A stretch of DNA of 64,000 nucleotides, from assembly GCA_041648455.1 (NCBI GenBank), contig JBAZOZ010000001.1, forward strand, positions 7,823 to 71,822, read 5' to 3'. This document shows positions 55,812-64,000 of this stretch, piece after piece; the first letter of the stretch is position 1; each line of letters starts with the position of its first letter. The position numbers and the translations under genes are program-made. This stretch comes from Candidatus Pacearchaeota archaeon. GTDB lineage: Archaea > Nanobdellota > Nanobdellia > Pacearchaeales > GW2011-AR1. The notes beneath the pieces are model-generated. The model searched no databases, was not told where the DNA came from, and saw only the letters and a program-made list of their open reading frames with translations.

Positions 55812-57377
55812 ATGGATTCAGAAGAAATATTCAAATTTTGTTTGGAAAATGGACTCTTAGTGGACAAAGAAGTTTTAAAATTGTTCAGTGAATCAGGGGA
55901 CATAGAATCGGCTAAATTAATTATCCGAAAAATTAAAAATCATACTCAACAAAAAATAATTACAAAAAATCTTTTTTATGAAAATAAAGACAAGGTTAAT
56001 CAATTCTTTGATGATCTTCCAGAAGAAAATAGAAAAGGTTTAGAAAAATTAAAAATCAAACTTGGGTTGAGTATAGAAATTTCACGTGAAATTTCTACGA
56101 CGGAAATAAAAAAAGATGTTCAAGAAAATATAGATGGTTCTGTTAGGATCACTACAATGAATCAAAGTTTTAGCAAGAAAATTGAAGTTTCGGATTTTGT
56201 CAAATACTTTAGGGGGCGACTAAATGAAATGAAAAGTTATTTGCAGGAAAATTCTCAATTAGATGGACTCACTTCCATAAATAAAATTTCCGGAGAAAAA
56301 CAAAATTTTTCAATTATAGGGTTAGTTTATGAAAAAAGAATTACTAAAAATAAAAACATCTTGTTAGATATAGAAGATTTGACTGGAAGGGTTAAGGTTC
56401 TTATAAGTCAAAATAAAGAAGATCTTTACAAAAAGGCAGAAGATATAACTCTTGATGCGGTTTTAGGTTTTAAGGGAAGTGGGAACAGGGAAATTATCTT
56501 TGCAAATGAAATTGTTTTTCCTGATTCAATAATTCAAGAGAGAAAAAAATCTCCATTCGAAGAATATGCTTTATTTACAGGAGATTTGCACATTGGCAGT
56601 AAATTATTCATGAAAGAAAATTTTTTGAAATTTATCGATTATCTTAATGGAAAAATTCTCGATACACCTGAAGTTTCTAAAATTAAATATCTATTTATCG
56701 TTGGGGATTTGATTGCTGGTGTTGGGATTTATCCCGGGCAGGAAGAGGATTTAGAATTTCCAGATATTGAAAGACAATTTGAAGAAGCAGCAAGGATTTT
56801 GAGTAAAATAAGAAAAGATATTAAAATAATTATTTCTCCAGGCAATCACGATGCATTGAGAATTATGGAACCCCAGCCACTTTTCGACGAGAAATACGCC
56901 TGGCCACTTTATGAATTGGAAAATGTAGTTCTGACGGGAAATCCGGTTTCAGTCAATATTGGCGCCAGAAAAGGATTTAATGGATTTAATGTTTTGACTT
57001 ATCATGGTTATTCTTATCATTATTATGCAAATGTTATTCCTAAATTAATTATAGAAAAATCTGTTCATACTCCGGAAAAAATCATGGCTTATCTTTTGAA
57101 ATATCGTCATTTAGCACCTACACATTCTTCTACATTATATTTTCCTTCTGAAGAAGATCAGTTTATTATCAGAGATATTCCAGATATTTTTGTTTCTGGA
57201 CACACCCATAAAAGTGCCGTGACATATTACAATAATATTTTGATAATTTCAAGTTCCAGCTGGGAAAGTTTGACTCCCTTTCAGGAGAAGATGGGGAATC
57301 AGCCAGATTTTTGCAAGGTTCCGATGTTTAATCTTAAAACCAGGGGAATTAAGGTTTTGGATTTTGAGGGAGAATGA
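55812..57377 (+). CDS. DNA polymerase II (PolD) small subunit DP1
   Basis: Calcineurin-like phosphoesterase motifs GDLHIG, VGDLIAG, PGNHD and GHTH. 521 aa. Confidence 0.9.
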   Translation: MDSEEIFKFCLENGLLVDKEVLKLFSESGDIESAKLIIRKIKNHTQQKIITKNLFYENKDKVNQFFDDLPEENRKGLEKLKIKLGLSIEISREISTTEIKKDVQENIDGSVRITTMNQSFSKKIEVSDFVKYFRGRLNEMKSYLQENSQLDGLTSINKISGEKQNFSIIGLVYEKRITKNKNILLDIEDLTGRVKVLISQNKEDLYKKAEDITLDAVLGFKGSGNREIIFANEIVFPDSIIQERKKSPFEEYALFTGDLHIGSKLFMKENFLKFIDYLNGKILDTPEVSKIKYLFIVGDLIAGVGIYPGQEEDLEFPDIERQFEEAARILSKIRKDIKIIISPGNHDALRIMEPQPLFDEKYAWPLYELENVVLTGNPVSVNIGARKGFNGFNVLTYHGYSYHYYANVIPKLIIEKSVHTPEKIMAYLLKYRHLAPTHSSTLYFPSEEDQFIIRDIPDIFVSGHTHKSAVTYYNNILIISSSSWESLTPFQEKMGNQPDFCKVPMFNLKTRGIKVLDFEGE

Positions 57378-57505
57378 AAATACAAAAATTAAAAATTTTT
57401 GTTCTTCCACATGGAAAAGATGAAAATCAAGAATTTTCATTCTTACAAAACAAGAAATTTTGTAAGCAAAAAATTTTCCATGCCATTCAAAACAAGAAGT
57501 TTTGA
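57374..57505 (+). other. 43-codon mini-ORF / repeat element (MKIQKLKIFVLPHGK...), paralog of 24503..24712
   Basis: ATG overlaps the DP1 TGA. First 45 nt nearly identical to 24503-24547. Confidence 0.4.
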
Positions 57506-57689
57506 AGGAAATAAGAAGTTTTAGAAGAAATAAGAAATTTTTTATACATCAAAAATTGTTTTTTGCGTAAACTCCCAGTTTTAACTCGTGAGAAAGCAAA
57601 AACAATTTTTGGGATGTTCAAGAACTCGAGACACGCCCCGGAATTTATTCCGAGGGTTCTTGACATTTCCAAATCAAGAAAATTTGAAA

Positions 57690-58661
57690 ATGAAAATAGA
57701 AGATAGAGTTTATGGAGAAGAAGAAATTGAAGAAGAAGTTTTAATTGATTTAATTAATTGTAAATCTGTTCAACGATTAAGGGGATTGGCTCAATATGGA
57801 TTTCCCGACGAATATTATCCTAAATGCGGTTTTTCAAGATATGAACATTCTTTAGGAGTTTTAATTTCTCTTCGAAAGTTGGGAGCTGATTTAACTGAAC
57901 AAATTGCGGGTTTATTACATGATGTTTCTCATACATCTTTTTCTCATGTTATTGATTGGGCAATTGGGAATCCAGAAAAAGAAGATTTTCAAGATAAAAA
58001 CCATTTAAATGTAATAAAGAATTCCGAAATACCTCAGATCCTAAATAGATATGGTTTTGATTACAAGGTTGTTTCTAGAATTGAAGATTTTCATTTATTG
58101 GAAAAGGAAGCTCCGATTTTATGTGTTGATAGAGTTGATTATACCTTAAGAGAAATAGTCTTTGATGGAGATGCGGATTTATCTAAAAAATTTTTATTTA
58201 ATTTGAAAAATAGCAATAACGATTTATTTTTTGTTGGAAGAGATATTGCTGATGAATTTGGGAGAGCATATGCCAAACTGAATAGAGAACATTGGGCAGG
58301 AGTGGAAGCTAGAGCAAGATATTATCTTTTGGCAGATATTTTAAAAAGATCTTTCGAGAGAGGAATAATTACTGAAAAAGATATATACAAAACAGATTAC
58401 GAATTGATAGATCAACTTTATGAGTTTGGTACTTCAGACATGATTAAGGATTTAACTTTTTTGAAAAGAAAGAAAGTTGCTGTGTCTTGCAATAATGGAA
58501 ATGGAATTTTGATGAGGAAAAAATATCGACGAGTGGACCCGCAAATATCTGAAGATGGAAGACTAAAAAGATTAAGCGAGGTATCTGAAGATTATAGATT
58601 ATTTTTAGAGAATGAAAAATCTTTTTTGGAGGAAGCTAAATATATAAAATTTTTAAAATGA
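57690..58661 (+). CDS. HD-domain metal-dependent phosphohydrolase
   Basis: HSLGVLISLRKLGADL...AGLLHDVSHTSFSHV (H...HD). The ORF is open in frame back to 57588, but that extension is repeat/hairpin sequence. Confidence 0.7.
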   Translation: MKIEDRVYGEEEIEEEVLIDLINCKSVQRLRGLAQYGFPDEYYPKCGFSRYEHSLGVLISLRKLGADLTEQIAGLLHDVSHTSFSHVIDWAIGNPEKEDFQDKNHLNVIKNSEIPQILNRYGFDYKVVSRIEDFHLLEKEAPILCVDRVDYTLREIVFDGDADLSKKFLFNLKNSNNDLFFVGRDIADEFGRAYAKLNREHWAGVEARARYYLLADILKRSFERGIITEKDIYKTDYELIDQLYEFGTSDMIKDLTFLKRKKVAVSCNNGNGILMRKKYRRVDPQISEDGRLKRLSEVSEDYRLFLENEKSFLEEAKYIKFLK

Positions 58662-58665
58662 AAAA

Positions 58666-61600
58666 ATGAACACCCAAACATATTTTGAAAATATTGAAAG
58701 AGAAGTGAGAAATGTTTACGCCATTGCAGAAGAAGCTAAAAAAACCGGGCTGGACCCTGTGGATAAGGTTGAAATTCCATTGGCGATGACAATGGCTTCA
58801 AAAGTTGTTAGTTTGATTTCTACGATTTATCCCCAGATGGAAAATTCAGGAATTGACAAAAGAATTTTGGAACTTGAAAAAGAATATGGAAAATTAGATG
58901 CGACGGTTATTTTTAAAATTGCAGAAGAGGTTGCGAAACAAAAATTTTGCAAATTCTCTTCGCTGTTGGAAGCTATTGATGCCGGAATTAGAATTGGTTT
59001 TGCGTATAATACTTTAGGGGTTGTTTCTTCCCCTATTGAAGGATTCACTCAACTTAAATTAGGAAGAACTAGAGAAGGAAAAGAATATTTTATTGCTTAT
59101 TTTTCCGGGCCTATAAGGAGTGCAGGAACAACTGCATCTTGCTTGGTTTTGATTTTGATAGATTATCTTCGGGAAATGTTTGGTTTTGCAAAATATGATC
59201 CGAGTGAGGAGGAAATAAAAAGATATGTTACAGAAAATGCAGATTATCATGAAAGAGTTACCAACTTGCAATATTTTCCTAGTGAAGAAGAAATAATTTT
59301 TCTTGCCAGAAATCTTCCAATTCAACTTGCTGGAGAGCCGACAGAGAAAATGGAAGTCAGTAATTACAAAAATTTGCCGAGAGTGGAGACAAATTATATT
59401 CGTGGAGGAATGTGCTTGATTTTTTCGGAAGGGCTTGCACAAAAGGCTGCGAAAGGTTTTCGACTTTTGAGCGGAGCAAAGAAAAATGGAATTAGTTCTA
59501 CTGGTTTTGATTTTTTACAAGAGTATATTAAATTACATGAAAAAAGAAATCTTGGAAAGTTAAGTTCGGAATCTCCGACATATATAAAAGATTTAGTTGC
59601 CGGAAGACCTGTTTTCGGGCATCCTTCTAGGTCTGGAGGATTTAGATTCAGATATGGAAGAAGCAGGGTGAGTGGATTCAGTGCCACTTCTTTTCATCCA
59701 GCCACGATGGCAATTACAGATAATTTTATTGCGATTGGGACTCAATTGAAAATCGAGAAACCAACAAAAGGGTGTGCGGCAACAGTTTGTGATTCTATCG
59801 ACGGCCCAATTGTTAAATTATTTAATGGAAGTGTTAAAAAAATTAAAGATAAAGACGAGGCTAAGAAATTATACCCGGATGTCGAAGAAATTATTTATCT
59901 TGGAGATATTTTATTTCCTTTTTCCGATTTGGCAAATCGAAATGCAAAACTCATCAACCCAGGGTATGTTGAGGAGTGGTGGAATTTAGAGTTAAAAGAA
60001 AAGGGATGCGAGGAAAAAATTGATTTTTATAATATTGGGTTTGAAAAAGCAGTTGAACTGAGCAAAAAATTTGAAATACCTTTTCATCCTAATTTTATTT
60101 TTTATTGGAGCCAAATTAATAAAGAAGAATTTTTGGGGTTGATTGAATGGCTTAAATTTTCAGTTATTCGAAATGGAAAATTAATTTTTCCTTATACAAA
60201 AAACGACAAAGAAAAATATGTCTTGGGAAAAAGAGCTTTAGAGTTAATTGGAGTAGAACATATGGTTGGTATAGAAAATGTTATTGTTGACGAAGAAATT
60301 TCCAATGCCCTTTTATTTAATTTGGGAATCGATTTTAATTGTTTTAATAGCGAGGAAATTTTTCTAAAAGATTTCATTATAGAATCTAAATTTTCTTTTG
60401 ACGATGACAAAAAAGTATTAGAATTTATAAATAATTGTTGTGAACTTGAAATAAAAGACAAGGCTGGAGAATTTATAGGATCTAGGATGGGGAGACCGGA
60501 AAAGGCAAAACTTAGAAAACTTGTTGGAAGTCCGAATGTCCTTTTTCCAGTTGGTGCTGAGGGCGGAAGATTGAGGAGCTTGCAGGCTGCGTGCGAGAAA
60601 GGAAAGGTGAATGGTATTTTCCCTATTTATTTTTGTGATAAATGTAAAAAAGAAACTATATATAAAATTTGTGAAAATTGCGGTGAAAAAACAAAAAAAT
60701 TATTTTATTGTAAAACATGTGACAAAAAATCTTTAGAATCTTGCAAAGAGCATACGGGTTTAAGATATGCTAACTTAAATTTGGATATTAATTATTATTT
60801 TGAAAAAGCAATTCATGGGCTTGGTTTGTCGAGGGAGGAGGTCCCTCTTTTGATTAAGGGGGTTAGAGGAACATTTTCTGGAAATCACGTTATGGAAAAT
60901 CTTGCCAAGGGAATTTTAAGGGCGAAATATGATTTGCAAGTTAATAAAGATGGAACAATTAGATTCGATGCAACTGAATTACCTCTAAGTCATTTTAAAC
61001 CAAAAGAAATTTCAGTTAGTATTGAAAAATTGAAGGAGCTCGGATATGAAAATGATATTTATGGAAAATTATTGAAGAATGAAGAACAAATTTTGGAATT
61101 AATGCCCCATGATATTTTGCTTCCAAGTGCGAAAGAATCTCCAGATGAGAGGGCAGATCATGTTTTTATGAAAATTTCCAAGTTTGTCGACGAGGAGCTC
61201 TTGAGATTTTATAAATTAAAAAGTTTTTACAATTTGGAGAAGAGAGAAGATCTTGTTGGACAGTTGGGAGTTTGCATGGCTCCGCATAATTGTGCGGGAG
61301 TTATCTGCAGGTTTATTGGTTTTTCAAATACCCAGGGACTTTTAGCAAGTCCATACATGCATGCAGCTATTCGACGAGATTGTGACGGAGATGAAGCTGC
61401 AATAATGTTGCTTTTGGATGTTTTATTAAATTTTTCTCGAGAATTTCTTCCAGGGCATCGAGGAGGAACGCAGGACGCTCCTTTAGTTTTGAATGCAAAG
61501 ATTGACGCTGGAGAAGTTGATGATCAAATTTTGGATTGGGAATTTGTTCCTGAAGGAAATTATCCATTAGAATTATATAGAAAAGCCGAACAACGATTTC

Positions 61601-62136
61601 ATTCTTCTGAAGTTAAAATAAAAAATTGCAAATCTATTTTGAAAGAAGGAAAGAACCCGTTTGTTAATTCTGGGTTTACTCATGATACCTCTGATTTTAA
61701 TGGGGGTGTTGTTTGTTCTTCCTATAAACTTTTAGCGACGATGCAGGAAAAAGTTCAGCATCAAATGGAACTTGTTGATAAAATACGGGCAGTGGATAGT
61801 TCAGACACGGCCAGATTGATTATAGAAAGGCATTTTATTCGAGACATGAGGGGTAATTTAAGAAAATTTTCTATGCAACAATTTAGATGCGTGGCTTGCA
61901 ACGAAATTTTGAGAAGACCTCCATTAACGGGAATTTGTCCTGCATGCGGAGGAAAAATAATTTTTACAATTCACGAAGGAGGAATTAAAAAATATCTCGA
62001 GCCTGCGATAGACCTCGCTAAAAAATATCATCTTTCTAAATATATTGAACAAAGTTTAGAATTAACTAAAAGATATATTGATTCTGTTTTTGGGAAGGAA
62101 TTGGAAAAACAGGAAGCGTTGGGGAAGTGGTTTTAG
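58666..62136 (+). CDS. DNA polymerase II (PolD) large subunit DP2 (catalytic), intein-free
   Basis: 1156 aa. FSGPIRSAGTTAS block. Cys clusters CDKCKKE..CENCGEK..CKTC. C-terminal CVACNE..CPACGG. Confidence 0.95.
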   Translation: MNTQTYFENIEREVRNVYAIAEEAKKTGLDPVDKVEIPLAMTMASKVVSLISTIYPQMENSGIDKRILELEKEYGKLDATVIFKIAEEVAKQKFCKFSSLLEAIDAGIRIGFAYNTLGVVSSPIEGFTQLKLGRTREGKEYFIAYFSGPIRSAGTTASCLVLILIDYLREMFGFAKYDPSEEEIKRYVTENADYHERVTNLQYFPSEEEIIFLARNLPIQLAGEPTEKMEVSNYKNLPRVETNYIRGGMCLIFSEGLAQKAAKGFRLLSGAKKNGISSTGFDFLQEYIKLHEKRNLGKLSSESPTYIKDLVAGRPVFGHPSRSGGFRFRYGRSRVSGFSATSFHPATMAITDNFIAIGTQLKIEKPTKGCAATVCDSIDGPIVKLFNGSVKKIKDKDEAKKLYPDVEEIIYLGDILFPFSDLANRNAKLINPGYVEEWWNLELKEKGCEEKIDFYNIGFEKAVELSKKFEIPFHPNFIFYWSQINKEEFLGLIEWLKFSVIRNGKLIFPYTKNDKEKYVLGKRALELIGVEHMVGIENVIVDEEISNALLFNLGIDFNCFNSEEIFLKDFIIESKFSFDDDKKVLEFINNCCELEIKDKAGEFIGSRMGRPEKAKLRKLVGSPNVLFPVGAEGGRLRSLQAACEKGKVNGIFPIYFCDKCKKETIYKICENCGEKTKKLFYCKTCDKKSLESCKEHTGLRYANLNLDINYYFEKAIHGLGLSREEVPLLIKGVRGTFSGNHVMENLAKGILRAKYDLQVNKDGTIRFDATELPLSHFKPKEISVSIEKLKELGYENDIYGKLLKNEEQILELMPHDILLPSAKESPDERADHVFMKISKFVDEELLRFYKLKSFYNLEKREDLVGQLGVCMAPHNCAGVICRFIGFSNTQGLLASPYMHAAIRRDCDGDEAAIMLLLDVLLNFSREFLPGHRGGTQDAPLVLNAKIDAGEVDDQILDWEFVPEGNYPLELYRKAEQRFHSSEVKIKNCKSILKEGKNPFVNSGFTHDTSDFNGGVVCSSYKLLATMQEKVQHQMELVDKIRAVDSSDTARLIIERHFIRDMRGNLRKFSMQQFRCVACNEILRRPPLTGICPACGGKIIFTIHEGGIKKYLEPAIDLAKKYHLSKYIEQSLELTKRYIDSVFGKELEKQEALGKWF

Positions 62137-63146
62137 GCAGAAATTTCAACCTTATATTTTTGACATGCTGTTTGAATATAACTCGAAAATGAAGTTGGAA
62201 TTTTAATCCCTCTATGATCTAGTTCAATTATCTCTTCTTCTTTATGCAATCCTTTTTTCAAGGCCTTTTTTAATGTTTCTTCAATTGAGCCAACAGTCCT
62301 TTCTAGCTGGCCTCTATCTTCATATGTCCATAATTTAGCTGCAACTTCATCTACAATTGCGTCAGGGCATATTTCAACACTAGCAAAAACACCTTGGATT
62401 TTTGTTCTTAATTTGGCTTCTTGGTCAAATAAACCTTCTAAAGTATGAATTACTCCCAATTTATCTTTTTGCACTTTTTCCTGATATTTTTTGTCGAGTT
62501 CCGCTGGAAGTGTAAGGCCGAGCAAAGCCAAACCATTTGCATATTCTAATTCTCCTGGAGAGGCATGTGTTTTAAAGTATTTTTTTACCTCATCTCCAAA
62601 ATGAAAATTTATTTTTTCCCTATTTACAAATCCGGAAGGGTAGAGGCTAGGAATCAATCCAATTTTTAATAAATCCATAGAATCTAAGAGAATATCTCCA
62701 TCTTGAATTTCCCAATATTCTCCATTAATTGGATTATTACTTGTTAAATGTTTTTCAGTTGGAATTGTAAATGTTCCATCTTTTATATTTACTCTAAGTT
62801 CTTGTTTTATCTGACCTAATTTAAAGTTATAAATATTTGTCATAAAATTATCTTGTCTAGAATGTGGAAACATGTAATGAATCATACTTTCTTGATGTTT
62901 TTCAATCCTTAATACCAGATTATTTATATTTTCATTTACTTGTGATTGAAATATTCTGAAATTATCTGCTACTTCTGGAGAATCCCTTGCATAAATGAGT
63001 ACAAAATCTCTAATGGGATCTCCTGTTGTTTCTCCTTCTAGAATTCTTTTTCTTAATTCTTGATATTTTTTGGAACTCTCTTCTTTTAGCTTTTCTTCTC
63101 TTTTTCCAAGAGTTTGAATTTCAGAGAGTTCTTTTTCGAGTTCCAT
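62133..63146 (-). CDS. hypothetical protein (N-terminal coiled coil)
   Basis: 337 aa. No recognisable motif. Confidence 0.35.
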   Translation of the reverse strand: MELEKELSEIQTLGKREEKLKEESSKKYQELRKRILEGETTGDPIRDFVLIYARDSPEVADNFRIFQSQVNENINNLVLRIEKHQESMIHYMFPHSRQDNFMTNIYNFKLGQIKQELRVNIKDGTFTIPTEKHLTSNNPINGEYWEIQDGDILLDSMDLLKIGLIPSLYPSGFVNREKINFHFGDEVKKYFKTHASPGELEYANGLALLGLTLPAELDKKYQEKVQKDKLGVIHTLEGLFDQEAKLRTKIQGVFASVEICPDAIVDEVAAKLWTYEDRGQLERTVGSIEETLKKALKKGLHKEEEIIELDHRGIKIPTSFSSYIQTACQKYKVEISA

Positions 63147-63495
63147 TTGTTTGAGAAGGAAGAGTCTTTTTTAAGTATGATTGTTCTTCATTGTTATTCA
63201 ATTCAAAACTATCTTTATTTTAAAGGAATTGTTGATGATAGAGAAATTAAAAAAACTCCAATGAGATTTACATGAATTCCAGGAATTAATCCTGTGAAGA
63301 CTCCAACAAAAGTTCCTGCAAAAATTGCCAAAAGAATTTGAATGGGCATTTTATTTTTAAAGAATTTTCGCTTTCTATTTTTATAGAGATTTTACTGCAA
63401 TTAAATTTATTTTTAATTCATCCAAGAAAATCCAAAATTTTCAATAAATTCAGCAGTTCAATTAAATTTATAAACTTCTTTTTCCTAAAATAATT

Positions 63496-64000
63496 ATGCA
63501 GAAAAAGAGTTTGGTAATTCTTAGTTTAGCATTTTTAATGGGTTTTGTTTTTATTGCAAGTATTTTCGCTCAAGATATTTCTCCAGATATAACTCCTTCA
63601 ACTTTAACAGCTGAACCAACAAATGCAGTTGAACCTGCAACCTCAACAACAGAAACTGAAACATCTGTTACGCCAACAACCGAAGAGGATAAAGTTAATA
63701 CTTTGGTTGAAGAGGCAAAAGGATTTGATGAAAAATTAAGTGTTGGACCAGGAATAACTCCTGATAGCCCATTATCTTTTATAGATGCTGCTTTTGATGG
63801 ATTTGCTAATCCTGCTGATGTTAGAGTAGAAAAAATTGCTGAAATGAAAACATTATCTGAAGAGTGCGGTCAAGGAGATGAAAGAGCATGCGAATTTATG
63901 AAGAAATCTTTTGAGAGGTATCAAAAATATGCTAACAATTTTGAAAGAGATGTTTCTCCTGACCAAAGAGATAAAGCATTAGAAAGTTCAAAGGCGATAA
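63496..64000 (+). CDS. secreted protein, N-terminal part (3' end outside window)
   Basis: MQKKSLVILSLAFLMGFVFIASIFA signal peptide. Thr/Glu-rich linker. The frame is open to the window end. Confidence 0.45.
   Translation, partial: MQKKSLVILSLAFLMGFVFIASIFAQDISPDITPSTLTAEPTNAVEPATSTTETETSVTPTTEEDKVNTLVEEAKGFDEKLSVGPGITPDSPLSFIDAAFDGFANPADVRVEKIAEMKTLSEECGQGDERACEFMKKSFERYQKYANNFERDVSPDQRDKALESSKAI

Noticed and set aside
57588-57689. Treating 57588 as the true start of the HD protein
   Set aside because: The 34-aa extension is a translation of repeat and hairpin sequence with no similarity to HD proteins. A canonical M-K-I-E start at 57690 follows the usual AAAATTTGAAAATG context seen before other genes here.

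Overview
This is an AT-rich (about 30% GC) archaeal chromosomal segment. Identification rests on PolD DP1/DP2, Cdc6/Orc1, aRpo subunits N, D and F, L21e/L18e, an intron-containing tRNA and a stand-alone 5S rRNA.

Layout of the window:
(1) 1 to 26.2 kb: a large surface-glycan and cell-envelope biosynthesis island. It holds four B12-binding radical SAM enzymes, a SPASM radical SAM fragment, four class I methyltransferases, two GT4, two GT2 and two GT-C glycosyltransferases, one GT34-like GT-A enzyme, a sulfatase-superfamily enzyme, a PAPS-reductase-like enzyme, an epimerase, a Wzx-like flippase, a SemiSWEET and DUF218/DUF2304 proteins.
(2) 26.2 to 33 kb: secF-secD, an MFS transporter, tRNA-Gly, tRNA-Arg, intron-containing tRNA-Leu, 5S rRNA, RNase P Rpp21, a GNAT protein and RpoN.
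(3) 33.6 to 38.4 kb: a MacB/FtsX-type ABC exporter with a surface protein.
(4) 38.8 to 45 kb: a fragmented ribosomal-protein/RNA-polymerase cluster (L21e-RpoF-DUF655, S13-S4-S11-x-RpoD, L18e-L13-S9).
(5) 45 to 54 kb: a probable integrated mobile region. It carries a tyrosine integrase, a catalytic-domain-less recombinase-domain protein, HNH and HAD genes, a DDE transposase, iteron-like repeats and tandem-repeat wHTH proteins.
(6) 54 to 62 kb: oriC (ORB-like repeats plus (TAA)18), then cdc6, PolD-DP1, an HD protein and PolD-DP2.

Most striking observation: a dispersed family of short, hairpin-rich intergenic elements that also read as lysine-rich mini-ORFs. They are chained to each other and to the flanking genes by ATGA stop/start overlaps. 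Examples are L13-uORF-uORF-S9, hyp-uORF-ABC ATPase, and L21e-uORF-element-rpoF.

Two roughly 130-nt copies, sitting in front of rpoF and rps13, show compensatory base changes in two hairpins, which points to a structured RNA. They also share a 45-nt palindromic promoter-like box that recurs in front of a DUF2304 gene.
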